Virus record (IMG/VR): IMGVR_UViG_2698536476_000008
Strand: one strand, 5' to 3'
Length of the DNA stretch: 64,000 nt
DNA from: a virus
Taxonomy: Duplodnaviria > Heunggongvirae > Uroviricota > Caudoviricetes
How positions within the stretch are numbered: the stretch's first letter is position 1; each line of letters begins with the position of its first letter. The notes beneath the pieces were generated by a model that was given only the letters and a program-made list of their open reading frames with translations, was not told the origin of the DNA and ran no database searches. Made by a program: the position numbers and the translations under genes. Positions 40,800 to 53,447 of this stretch are shown here, piece by piece.

Positions 40800-42104
40800 A
40801 TGAGCGAGTATATAGAAATTGCCTATGCAGCAGCTACACATAGGCTGTGCTTTCTTACAGGCACTGGATTTTCAAAGGCTGTTTCTGATGATAAAGCCCC
40901 AAGTTGGCAATCTTTATTGGAGCAACTGTGCGGTTTATTGAAGGATGGTGACTCACTCAAAGAGGAATTATTTCCTGATGGAAAAGCAAAAGACCTTAGC
41001 CTTGAAGAGGCTGCTCAAGTTATTGCACTAAAATTTATACTTTCGGGGAAAAATATTTACCAGGAGATTGAGAAAATCATAGCCTCAATCGAACTTGATC
41101 CATCAATTGAATATATTCAAGACTTTTTCAAAGAAAACACATTTAAAGTAATTACGACAAATTATGACAAGTTAGCAGAAAAACTGGCTGGAGAGAATCG
41201 AACGTGTACAATCACCCCCGGCCTGCCAATTCCAAAATATAATTGTGAGGTTAAAGTCTACCATGTTCACGGCTCTATAGACTCCCCATCAGATATGGTT
41301 GTTACTAGCGAGGATTATTTCAGATTTATAAATGGTAATTCTTACTTTTCAAATAAACTAAGCACAGTTCTACATGAAAACACTATTGTTATTCTTGGCT
41401 ATTCTCTAAGTGACGCGAACCTCAAGGCGATTATAAATGAATATAAGGTATTTTCACGGGACAACGTAATGTCCTCCAATATTTTCCTTATTTCCCGAGG
41501 AAAACTATTGCAACCTATTAAAGATTACTATTTTTCCTGCTTTGGGATTAGGGTTATAGATAAAACAGAGGTGTCTGATTTCTTTAGAAAACTTAACAAG
41601 AAAATTCCAGAAGCAAAAAAAATAAAAGACAAATTGAGGCACTCAATCAAATCGGTAATAAAAAACGGAAGAGAGTATAAAATAGAGTTCTTGAAGTTAG
41701 AGGATTCTTTTTATCATATCATTTCCTCCATTTCATCATCTGGATATAGCTGGAATGATGAAAAGGTATTAAATGTTTTTTGTGATATAATAGATAAAAA
41801 AATAGATCTTACTAAAGAGTCTGGCGCATGGGAGCAGTATGAACACCTGGCAAAATGGCTTATTTATTTCGGTAGTTTATTTGAAGTAAAAGGAACCAAC
41901 TTTGAGAAAAAATACATACATGCGGTTGAACACTCAATGACTTATATGAATAAACCTTACGAAACAGGCTACTCATGGCGAGCATATCTAGCCTGGAAAA
42001 CAAAATGGCCTTCACTGACAGCATCTAACCGCTCTCTTATTAAGAGTAAGATGGAAGAAATCCCGCTACAACAGATTCACGATATTATATCTAAGTTTAT
42101 ATAG
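40800..42104 (+). CDS. SIR2-like (sirtuin-fold, SIR2_2/DSR-ThsA type) protein with uncharacterised C-terminal half; candidate single-gene antiphage defense
   Basis: N-terminal motifs LCFLTGTGFSK, VITTNYDKL, KVYHVHGS; low GC relative to flanks; occupies the mat to lxc interval. Confidence 0.7.
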   Translation: MSEYIEIAYAAATHRLCFLTGTGFSKAVSDDKAPSWQSLLEQLCGLLKDGDSLKEELFPDGKAKDLSLEEAAQVIALKFILSGKNIYQEIEKIIASIELDPSIEYIQDFFKENTFKVITTNYDKLAEKLAGENRTCTITPGLPIPKYNCEVKVYHVHGSIDSPSDMVVTSEDYFRFINGNSYFSNKLSTVLHENTIVILGYSLSDANLKAIINEYKVFSRDNVMSSNIFLISRGKLLQPIKDYYFSCFGIRVIDKTEVSDFFRKLNKKIPEAKKIKDKLRHSIKSVIKNGREYKIEFLKLEDSFYHIISSISSSGYSWNDEKVLNVFCDIIDKKIDLTKESGAWEQYEHLAKWLIYFGSLFEVKGTNFEKKYIHAVEHSMTYMNKPYETGYSWRAYLAWKTKWPSLTASNRSLIKSKMEEIPLQQIHDIISKFI

Positions 42105-42112
42105 TATATTTA

Positions 42113-42139
42113 TCTCCGGCCTAATCTCCCTAGGCCGGA
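42113..42139. terminator. Bidirectional terminator hairpin (ctccggcc-taatctccctag-ggccggag) between convergent SIR2-like gene and lxc
   Basis: 8-bp GC-rich inverted repeat. Confidence 0.5.
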
Positions 42140-42145
42140 GAGTTC

Positions 42146-42394
42146 TTAATCAGCATTCAGGAGCAATGCGTTATCTATGATGATCTGCTCCCATTCCTCG
42201 AATGCCCGGTCGCGGACGCCCTGGGGAACGCTGTTAGTTTTGAAATCGACGACCGTCCGCCATTTTCCGTCCGGACGGTACATGCGCAGAGCTTTACTTC
42301 CCCCTTCCCTGCGCACCTCAACGTTATGCTTGTCAGCAAACTCTTGTAATGCTCGTAGCGTCCCATGCTTTACTGTGTAGTATCGCTTTTTCAA
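42146..42394 (-). CDS. Lxc/Bof-position protein (82 aa)
   Basis: Size and position downstream of ulx/darB. Confidence 0.4.
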   Translation of the reverse strand: MKKRYYTVKHGTLRALQEFADKHNVEVRREGGSKALRMYRPDGKWRTVVDFKTNSVPQGVRDRAFEEWEQIIIDNALLLNAD

Positions 42395-42831
42395 GTTTTC
42401 TCTCCAGCCTGTGCCAAGGCTTCAACTTCCAAATCGTAAGACTCAAACTCATAGTCCTGGTCGTCAACTTCTTCAGGCACTGGCAGTAAATGCCAGGCTG
42501 AGTATATCTGACCATTATCAAAACGCTCCTGGCTGTAGAGCGTCGCGGCTATGAGTGTTAGCGCCGGGCGGTCATAACGGTAAATTTTGCGAACGTCACG
42601 GTCAACGAGACGACCGAAATTACCATAACCGCGCTCCAGTAATAATTTTTTAATTTCCGGCCAGTATGGACCATAGCTGCGGTACAGGCGGGGATTTTTC
42701 AGTAATCGCCCGCGTAGCCCTGACAGGAAGAAATCAACGTATTCGTCTTCTGTCTTTCCTAACAACGCTGTACGGAGTACCGCCTCAAGATATGTTTTAT
42801 TCGGTTTTATTGTATCAGATAGTGTGGCCAT
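42391..42831 (-). CDS. Ulx-position protein (146 aa)
   Basis: ORF coupled between darB and lxc. Confidence 0.4.
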   Translation of the reverse strand: MATLSDTIKPNKTYLEAVLRTALLGKTEDEYVDFFLSGLRGRLLKNPRLYRSYGPYWPEIKKLLLERGYGNFGRLVDRDVRKIYRYDRPALTLIAATLYSQERFDNGQIYSAWHLLPVPEEVDDQDYEFESYDLEVEALAQAGEKT

Positions 42832-42864
42832 ATTATGCGACGCCCGGCGAACCGGGCGCTCCTG

Positions 42865-45800
42865 TTATGCGTATTGTTGGATGACGGCCAGAACGTCCGC
42901 CACGTTGTGTTTTGTCTCGATAATCCACCAGTTACCCGGGAAATCGCTGTTCTTCGCCTTCGCTGGCAGCCAGCGAGCGCCGAATTTCGCCTTGATTGCG
43001 TCTTTCGCACGGAAAAGAACGCCTTTCATGCCTGAGGCTTCCTGAAGCCCAAATACCTCGCCAGCGGCGAATTTTGGTGCGTACATCATCTTCAGGTCGG
43101 CGGTGGATACGCGATAATTCAGACCAAGAGACTGAGCTATGCTGGTGGCATCACCCTGTATTGATGATAACTCTTCTTGTTTCTCGTTTCTGGCGGCAAT
43201 CTCTTCCTCCGTGATGTTGCCAAGGGCTAGGTTTATCCGATCAGCGTCGGCCTGTTTCTCTTCATCGGTGCGCCCGGCAAGAACCGTGTTAATTCTCTGC
43301 AATATCTCCACATGATTCTTGCGCATGCTGAGCAATTCCGGCGTAACCTCGTTAAGATCCACCAGCCCAAGGATGGCAAGGTCGGAAAACATTGATACCA
43401 GGTTGTAGGTCATGCGATAGCTGAGTTGACCATAGGCTGATGGCAACTTCACCGCATCCATTTGATAGGCATCCATAAATTTAGAGCCGTCGTTTACGAC
43501 ATCCGCTATTGCAGGTGTGATTTTCCCTGTGGTGGCGGCCTCCCTGATTGCTGTTACCCACGATTGAGTCAGCGCGGCGACTGCATGATTCAGATTGGCT
43601 TCCCGTTCTGCTGCGATGCGCGCGCTTGCTGCGTCCATTGCCTGCTTGATCTCGGCTTTATTGCTGTAAATGCCAATGGTGCCAAACTGTGCTGTGGTGA
43701 TCTCATAATCTGACGCCCGGAACTCATTGGTACCGAAAATGGCATTGGTGACTTCAAGTTCAGAATCCCCGTTACGAGTAGCCCCCTGGCTTGTTTTTTC
43801 CGGCATTCTGGCGATCGCATCCGCTATTTTCTCCTGAATTGCTTCAGGGGATAGCGTATCTCCGTATGACGCGATTACATCGCCATAATTGGAGCCAAAC
43901 AGTTCAACCAGGAATGTTTCTGCCGAACGGATCTGGCGGTTATTCCCTTCCGACATCATACCAAGCACCCATTTTGCAATTGACGACTTCAGCGCGCCGT
44001 CACGGCGATCCGGGTAAACCGCATGCTTCAGTGGGTCCGTATAGGTACCAACAAAATCGATGCTATAGCCTGACTCTGTAGTCTGAACGCCGTATGAGTC
44101 AGTGATTTTGATCATGCCGCGCTGCTGGAAACGGTAGAAATCGTCACAGGAAATGATGTCGTTAATCCCGGCGATGGAGACGCCACCACTGATTTTCTGC
44201 ATAACAGCATCTTCATCGGGAGTTACATCAACCTGTTTATCCAGCGTCTTCACATCCCAGTTACCCGATTTGGTGCCTTTGAAGGTAAAGATGATCTCCA
44301 CGTCTGCGCGCTGGCTGTCGAAGTCCAGCGACTTAATGCGAACGATATCACCGGCACAATCATAGTATTGGCCTACACGCCATGAGCGATCGCCGATAAC
44401 AAGGAACTCATTCGCATGGTTAACCAGATCAGGATCAACATCCAGAATGCCTTTATTTATTGCATCCTCCACCAGCGGGCGCAGGCGTTTGATATCCGTC
44501 GCGGCCTTCTGAGTACGGTTCAATAATTTCTCATAGCGGGAGATGGCCTGAGAGATATTAGCCTTGCGCTGAATGGCGCTTTTCAACGACGCGCGATACT
44601 GTGCTAACAACATACGGTCTGTGTGATGGACGCTACCCCAGCGGGCTTTCCAGTCTGCGTTATCAGCTGCTTTGGCCATTACCGCCTGTTTGAATTTAGC
44701 TACCTCGGCGGTGGTCTTTTCAAGTTCCGCTTTGCTTCGCTCCAATTCAGCGGTAAGTACCTCCACATCCTCACCAGCTGCGTGCTGCGCCTTGATGTAG
44801 TTCTGAAGGTCGATAGTAGCCTGTTCTTTCTGGCGAGCGCGTTTCGCAGCTTTCGCCTTATCCATTTGAACCTGCATCATTGCCAGACGTTCGCCGTCAT
44901 CCTTCGCGGTATACATCTGCATTTCGATCATGTCATTGGCGTCGGCGTTCTCCATTTCTGACTTATCTGAACGGAGGATATCGGAGATCCAGCCTGCTTT
45001 ACGCTTCAGCGTCTTCAGTCGGTATTCATCGAAAGACCCCTTGCCGCAGTAGTAGTGAACGCGAACGCTTGCACGGTTGGAGCCAACTCGTGCACCGCGA
45101 CCGTTACGTTGTGCGATGCTGGCTGGTGTCCATGGCAACGTCAGATGATGGATGTCAGTCGTTCCTCGATGCAGGTTGATACCCACCTCTGCCTTTTTGT
45201 TGCAGATGATGATCGGAGTCCGGCCCTCCTGGAAGTCGGCTGCAATCTTTTCCAGACCGCCCAACGACATTTCATTTTGCTGCGCGATATAGGCGTCATA
45301 CAGAGCCATTTGCTCGTTGTATTTCGCTATCTGTGCATCTGTTGGTTCATCCGGTAGCTCTTTCGGCGGTTTAACCGCTTTCAGTTTCTTACCGGTTTTA
45401 CCTGCCTCGGCAACCGTCTGAGCATTCAGGATCCCCACCTTTGAAGGTTCAAGGTTTAGAGCATTGCAGATAATGCGCTTGAGCTTCTGGTGCTGCGTTT
45501 TTTCATCGGTGAAGATGATTTGCTTACCTTCCGGGAAAAACTCCTTCAGCGTGGCGATCAGCTTCGCGTATTTCGGCGTAACGGGGTGAGTTACGGTCTG
45601 TTCGTCAATGCCAAACCTGGCCAGGCGCTTATTCACTTCCTGCTCGAACGCTTCCGGAACCTGCAACTGAATAAACTCGCCCTTATCTATCAGGGAGTAT
45701 TGCGATTGCTGCGTGATTGAATCATCACTGTCGTCGTCTTCGCTGGTGGCTTGTTTAGGCAAACTGTCCGCCAGCTGCTGCACCGCATCGGCGTACTCCG

Positions 45801-48800
45801 GCAGGAAACGATAGGTGATCCGGCGATAGTACAGGTCCATGTCAGTACATACGCGGTCCATATCCCTGATTATTGAGAAGATCGGACGGGCTTTCTCGTG
45901 CTCAATCACGCCGTCTTCATTGACCGAGGTCGTTACGCCATTGTTGGCTTTGGCCGCCGCTTCCGCCTGCTGACGCAATTCTTCATACGCCGCCAGTTGT
46001 TCTTCAGTAAGTGGTGCATCCTGCTGGTGTTCGTCCAGCTCCGGGATCTCCACGGTATCCTTAACGTCTTCCGCCGTTTTAAGCGTTACCCAGCGATGGA
46101 ATATACCGCGCAGCGCATCAAGGTTTTCAAAGCCCACCAGCGCCATTTTTTCTTCAACTTCACCGCTAATTTTCTGTACCGTTTCCAGCCTGGTCTTGCC
46201 GAAGAATTTAACGAAGTCATCAGGACCGTAGATCCCCATGTTCTGCCAGTATTCCTTCGGCAGAACATGAGAAAGCATGTTGTATGCATCGATCGGGGTG
46301 TTAACGACTGGCGTTGCAGTCAGGAGAACCGGCCCGCGCCCGCCATTCTTTTTCATCAGGTACGCGTTTTTAATTGCCATATCTCGCGCCGATTGCGCCA
46401 CCGCGCTGGTGGGCAGATAGGCCAGTTGTGACGCTTCGCGACCATTTTTATAGCTATTGCGGTAGTTGTGACCTTCGTCGGCGATCACACTATCGAAGCC
46501 CATATCCTCAAAGTACGGATACTTCTCTGCTTTTTCGGTGCCGGTATCTGAATACTCCGACAATACCCGGCGACGCGCGGCCTCTTTGCGGTGGGAGTCG
46601 GAGTCCATTGCGCTGGCTACGCGCCCGGCTGCAACGAAGTCATAAAGCATATCCTGTGCATGCTCATCTACGGTGTCATCACGTAGCGGAATGCGGGCGT
46701 ATTGTTCTTTGGTAAACACGACTGCACGGTAATTTGAGTGCGGGATCGCGTTCATCCGCGCCGTGATAGTGGCTTCATCTGCCAGTTTTAGGGCATCGCG
46801 CATAACTGGAGTGCCATCAGTACCAAGAACAGGTTTACCGTTCTCATCGAGCACCGGCACCTGGCGAATCTGATCGCCATCCATCAGCACATCAAGACCG
46901 ACGAACAGGTAGTTACTGAATGCCTCTTCACTCAGGAATTCTTTTGCTTCGTAATACCAGTTTTCCAGCACTGATTTAGGCACTACATACGCAGTACGGG
47001 TGGAGCGACCGTTCTCATAGTTGAACGCCTCAAGCGCCAGCGCGGTCGTAGTTTTACCCAGCCCGGTGCCGAAGCCCAGGATGCCGCGCCCATCTTCGGA
47101 CAGTCGGCGCACTTCGCTATTCTGGTAATCAAATGGCTGGCGCTTACCGCTTAATCCCTTCAACCCAAGCGGATCGCCAGAGTGTTCATACGGGATATTG
47201 CTATTGAACACATCGTTGTATTTGGCAACCAGTTCATCGTAGCGATCGTGCGTCTTGATCCACTTATTGAACTGGTCCTCAAGCAGTGCCATCTGCTCGC
47301 GGTAGCCGTTCGCCGTCGCGCTATCTTTGCCACCGATACGCGCACCATTGAGATACTTTTCCAGCTGTGCCGGGAACCCGGTCGCGTTTTCACCTGATTT
47401 ACGGTCCCACTCGTAGCGGATCTCGCCTGTTTCTTTATCCTTGCGCTGGACGACACCGTATCGGTGCCCGACGAACAGGCCATCACCACCGTGATAGGTG
47501 TCAGAAACCATTTCGTCGCCTTCCAGCTGCACTGACTGCACATAGCGCAGATCCGGATAGCCGTTTTCCTGCAAAAACTCCAGAATGACGGAACGGTCGA
47601 ACCAACGGCTATTGAGCTTAAACCGGATATTCTCTGCTGGCGTCTTGATGCGCTTCTCTTCGATCGCTGCCAGCTGATTAAGGACGTTGTTCTTTACTGG
47701 ACCGTCGGGGAGCGTGGCGAGGAATTCCTGTTTTGGAGCCACTATCTCGTTAATGTCGCCGCTGGTGGCGCGGGCGAACGGAACAATCCCGCCATACGGT
47801 GAAACCGCAATACCAGGAGTGCTGGCCAATAAATTAAGCAACTCTTCATCACTGGCTGGCAATTCGCCGGTAAACGCAAGGCGGAAATCATCGAGCTGGA
47901 TTGGATCGCGGGTAAGATCGCTATAGAGATAACGCAGGGTGTCCTGATAGCTGGTGGAGTCATAACTGGCGCTGGAATCATGCGTAACCAGCTTTCCTGT
48001 CAGCTCGTCAGAAATAGTGCCATCCAGCTTAATTGCACCACGGAAAGCAAACCAGGCGCGCGCACCGCTTCCCGATAATTTAGCTATCGGACCGCGACCA
48101 GGGTTACCAAAACGGTCAATCTCTGCCTGCAAACGGGATACCAGAGAAAGGCGCTGCTGTTCGATTTGTTCAGCACTATGCCCGGCGGCCTTCATATCCT
48201 GATATTCAATTAACATCCGGCCAATCATCGCCCCACGATACAAGCGTTCACGGTATTTTTCAGGCTGGCTGTTAATCCAGTCCACCAGCTGCACCATATC
48301 GTCGCTGATTGATGTGGTGTACTTATCGCGGACATTTGCCATCTGGGTAAATGTCATACCGAGACGGCCTTCTGTTGTAGTCAGGTTACGCTGAAGAGCC
48401 TCCCAGCTATCCGCGCCATAACTGGCAGCATCAATTTTAAGTTCCTTCCCGGCATCAGCTTCAATCCAGCGACCACCAGCATATTTTTGCCATACGCCAT
48501 TAATCAGGCGCATTTCCCCTTCACCAACAACGTCTGCGGTCAGTGACGGTTCAGCCATATCGAGCAAAGACCAGTCGATACGGCTTTCGAAACGATGAAT
48601 CAGCTTCGCTTTAAGAGCCTGGTTATCAATCTGACCGTCGGCACGAACCTCAATACGCCCCTGGAAGCCCTTTTCCTGGGTGCCATGAACAAACCGGCGG
48701 CCATCCTTTTCAAACCACTTGCCAGAAATAAACGTTGGCCAAAGCACATTTGCCGATTCAAGAGTGCTTTCATCCACCAGGGGGATTTTCTCAGCCATCT

Positions 48801-49632
48801 CTGCCGGATGTTTGCGCATCAGCACCACATCAACGACTGTACTGGTCCCGTTTGCGTCAAAAGTACCGGTAGGCAAGCGGTGGGCACCAAGAAATTCAGC
48901 TTTCCGTGATAGGCGCAGGCGTAACCGCTTCATGTTTGAACCTGAAACAATGGACGGCGGCACAATCACGCACATGAATCCGCCTGGCTTTATCTTGTCC
49001 AGCATGCGGAGCATGAAGTAAGAACCCATGTCCGTTTCTTCTGCGTAAGGCTTATCGATGTTGCGTGTGTTATCACGACCGCCGAACGGAACGTTACCCA
49101 CAACATGGTCGAATGAATCGTTAGGCGTGCTTATAGCCAGCTGTTCGAACGGGGAAATCTGTACGCTGTCTTCCGGGTGTAACAACTGGTTTATACGACC
49201 GGAAACACTGCTGATCTCAGTCGCGGTCATCACCGTACCAACCGGTTTTGTCTCATTAAAAACGCCGGTTCCCGCCGATGGTTCCAGAGTGTTACCTACG
49301 TCCGCGCCGTAGAGCTTCATGATCTCCCAGACACCTTCAGCGATCGGCTTTGGTGTGTAATATTCGGAGACGGACCCGCCAATGCCGCCTTCACCGGTGT
49401 ACCCAGCCAGGATCTGGCGCTGTTCATCTGTCAGTGTCGCGCCGTCCACCAGCGAATTAAGCAAATCTATCGCCTTCTGATTCGCCTCCCGGCGTAGTCG
49501 GTCATAGCTTTTGCCTTCCACCTTTTCCACGCCGTATCTAATCGGCGCTCGGTGAGATGTTATTGCCCTAATGTATTTCAATATTTCGCTGACACTTGAA
49601 CAGCGAAACACCCCCATAGATAGCTTGTTCAT
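42865..49632 (-). CDS. darB: DarB-like giant antirestriction protein (2255 aa) with N-terminal methyltransferase-like and helicase-like regions
   Basis: Single 6.8-kb ORF of exactly the size I recall for P1 DarB; DPPY-like and helicase motifs. Confidence 0.8.
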   Translation of the reverse strand: MNKLSMGVFRCSSVSEILKYIRAITSHRAPIRYGVEKVEGKSYDRLRREANQKAIDLLNSLVDGATLTDEQRQILAGYTGEGGIGGSVSEYYTPKPIAEGVWEIMKLYGADVGNTLEPSAGTGVFNETKPVGTVMTATEISSVSGRINQLLHPEDSVQISPFEQLAISTPNDSFDHVVGNVPFGGRDNTRNIDKPYAEETDMGSYFMLRMLDKIKPGGFMCVIVPPSIVSGSNMKRLRLRLSRKAEFLGAHRLPTGTFDANGTSTVVDVVLMRKHPAEMAEKIPLVDESTLESANVLWPTFISGKWFEKDGRRFVHGTQEKGFQGRIEVRADGQIDNQALKAKLIHRFESRIDWSLLDMAEPSLTADVVGEGEMRLINGVWQKYAGGRWIEADAGKELKIDAASYGADSWEALQRNLTTTEGRLGMTFTQMANVRDKYTTSISDDMVQLVDWINSQPEKYRERLYRGAMIGRMLIEYQDMKAAGHSAEQIEQQRLSLVSRLQAEIDRFGNPGRGPIAKLSGSGARAWFAFRGAIKLDGTISDELTGKLVTHDSSASYDSTSYQDTLRYLYSDLTRDPIQLDDFRLAFTGELPASDEELLNLLASTPGIAVSPYGGIVPFARATSGDINEIVAPKQEFLATLPDGPVKNNVLNQLAAIEEKRIKTPAENIRFKLNSRWFDRSVILEFLQENGYPDLRYVQSVQLEGDEMVSDTYHGGDGLFVGHRYGVVQRKDKETGEIRYEWDRKSGENATGFPAQLEKYLNGARIGGKDSATANGYREQMALLEDQFNKWIKTHDRYDELVAKYNDVFNSNIPYEHSGDPLGLKGLSGKRQPFDYQNSEVRRLSEDGRGILGFGTGLGKTTTALALEAFNYENGRSTRTAYVVPKSVLENWYYEAKEFLSEEAFSNYLFVGLDVLMDGDQIRQVPVLDENGKPVLGTDGTPVMRDALKLADEATITARMNAIPHSNYRAVVFTKEQYARIPLRDDTVDEHAQDMLYDFVAAGRVASAMDSDSHRKEAARRRVLSEYSDTGTEKAEKYPYFEDMGFDSVIADEGHNYRNSYKNGREASQLAYLPTSAVAQSARDMAIKNAYLMKKNGGRGPVLLTATPVVNTPIDAYNMLSHVLPKEYWQNMGIYGPDDFVKFFGKTRLETVQKISGEVEEKMALVGFENLDALRGIFHRWVTLKTAEDVKDTVEIPELDEHQQDAPLTEEQLAAYEELRQQAEAAAKANNGVTTSVNEDGVIEHEKARPIFSIIRDMDRVCTDMDLYYRRITYRFLPEYADAVQQLADSLPKQATSEDDDSDDSITQQSQYSLIDKGEFIQLQVPEAFEQEVNKRLARFGIDEQTVTHPVTPKYAKLIATLKEFFPEGKQIIFTDEKTQHQKLKRIICNALNLEPSKVGILNAQTVAEAGKTGKKLKAVKPPKELPDEPTDAQIAKYNEQMALYDAYIAQQNEMSLGGLEKIAADFQEGRTPIIICNKKAEVGINLHRGTTDIHHLTLPWTPASIAQRNGRGARVGSNRASVRVHYYCGKGSFDEYRLKTLKRKAGWISDILRSDKSEMENADANDMIEMQMYTAKDDGERLAMMQVQMDKAKAAKRARQKEQATIDLQNYIKAQHAAGEDVEVLTAELERSKAELEKTTAEVAKFKQAVMAKAADNADWKARWGSVHHTDRMLLAQYRASLKSAIQRKANISQAISRYEKLLNRTQKAATDIKRLRPLVEDAINKGILDVDPDLVNHANEFLVIGDRSWRVGQYYDCAGDIVRIKSLDFDSQRADVEIIFTFKGTKSGNWDVKTLDKQVDVTPDEDAVMQKISGGVSIAGINDIISCDDFYRFQQRGMIKITDSYGVQTTESGYSIDFVGTYTDPLKHAVYPDRRDGALKSSIAKWVLGMMSEGNNRQIRSAETFLVELFGSNYGDVIASYGDTLSPEAIQEKIADAIARMPEKTSQGATRNGDSELEVTNAIFGTNEFRASDYEITTAQFGTIGIYSNKAEIKQAMDAASARIAAEREANLNHAVAALTQSWVTAIREAATTGKITPAIADVVNDGSKFMDAYQMDAVKLPSAYGQLSYRMTYNLVSMFSDLAILGLVDLNEVTPELLSMRKNHVEILQRINTVLAGRTDEEKQADADRINLALGNITEEEIAARNEKQEELSSIQGDATSIAQSLGLNYRVSTADLKMMYAPKFAAGEVFGLQEASGMKGVLFRAKDAIKAKFGARWLPAKAKNSDFPGNWWIIETKHNVADVLAVIQQYA

Positions 49633-49698
49633 TGGTAATCCTTAACAAGTGACTAGTGTTAAATTCCGTTCAAACACGATGCGAATTATTCTAATTAA

Positions 49699-52429
<2,731 letters not shown>

Positions 52430-52442
52430 CCACCAAAAATAA

Positions 52443-52464
52443 CCCCGGCGGCTGCCGGGGTTCT
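52443..52464 (+). terminator. Rho-independent terminator (ccccggcggctgccgggg + TTCT)
   Basis: Stem-loop read directly. Confidence 0.55.
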
Positions 52465-52720
52465 CGTTAACTATTATCGCCTTCGCCTGCGTGCCATATA
52501 TTTGCGCACCGCGCGGCGTGGACAATCTGAAGCGGTTTCTTTCTGCTGCATCAATCTTGCAGCCATGCTCAAAAATGTCAGGCACAGCCGAAGCCCGGCA
52601 TACAATAGCGGTTCCAGTGGCCACGTCTCATTGAGCACATATACCGCCATGAAAATCGAGTCGAAAACTATCGCCGCCAACGATAACTTCATTGTCGAAA
52701 GTCGGCGGAGCTGCCGGAGT

Positions 52721-53278
52721 TTATTCATTGACCAGTCCCGTCAGGCAAAGCTGGCGTTCTTTTTCACGGCGAATCTTTAAACCTCGCAGGGGCACGCCGT
52801 TACTGTTCACGAAATCAGGGAGATGGTTACACATATTCACCCATTCCCCTTTCTGCGCCCACTTGTGGATGGACGTTTCTACTCGCATGCCTCGCGCTTT
52901 GCTGTAGTAGGTCCGTAAGCTATTGCATCCCATATTGAATGCCGCGCTTGTCATTGCACTGAAGGCATTATCGGGCATGTCTTTGCCCCGGAAGTGCTGA
53001 TTAATACAGCGTTCAGCGATCAGGATATTCTTTTCCCAATCAGCGGCGATTTGCTGGTCTGTTTTTCGCACACCCGGCGTTACCCCGTGTGTATTACCGA
53101 TCCCGTCAGTCCATACCCCTGCCGGGCACATGTATGGATCACGTCGGCAACCTTCAGCGTTACCAATCAGCTCAAGCCCCGCCTGGTTGGTTCGCACATT
53201 GCCATTACCCATCACGATGGTAATCATCACCGCGATAGCGCAAATTGCACCGCCTCCTGCGGCTGTTTTTCCCTTCAT
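52721..53278 (-). CDS. lyz: SAR endolysin, T4-lysozyme-like (GH24)
   Basis: 185 aa from ATG; N-terminal SAR segment AICAIAVMITIVMGNG; ELIGNAEGCRRDPY catalytic region. Confidence 0.8.
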   Translation of the reverse strand: MKGKTAAGGGAICAIAVMITIVMGNGNVRTNQAGLELIGNAEGCRRDPYMCPAGVWTDGIGNTHGVTPGVRKTDQQIAADWEKNILIAERCINQHFRGKDMPDNAFSAMTSAAFNMGCNSLRTYYSKARGMRVETSIHKWAQKGEWVNMCNHLPDFVNSNGVPLRGLKIRREKERQLCLTGLVNE

Positions 53279-53411
53279 AAAGACCTCATAAGCGAATTTT
53301 TTACGCTCCAGGACAAACACCCATTCACAGCCAATACCGACTGACTCGATCCCTTTAGAAGGCACAGGATAATGCAAATCACTTGTTAGCTACGTTTCAA
53401 AGATATACATT

Positions 53412-53428
53412 ATTGCTCTAATTAATTT
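53412..53428 (+). promoter_or_regulatory. C1 operator-like site (ATTGCTCTAATTAATTT) preceding ssb
   Basis: Direct read. Confidence 0.6.
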
Positions 53429-53447
53429 ATTTTATTAGGTAAGATAA

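Noticed and set aside
40102-42145. Thoeris-type two-gene system (SIR2 ThsA plus TIR ThsB)
   Set aside because: No TIR-domain ORF on either strand adjacent to the SIR2-like gene; upstream gene looks like the backbone mat gene and downstream genes are convergent lxc/ulx.
42996-49312. Numerous 60-180-aa ORFs on the plus strand opposite darB
   Set aside because: All are antisense to a single continuous 2255-aa ORF with recognisable enzyme motifs; none has a convincing RBS.
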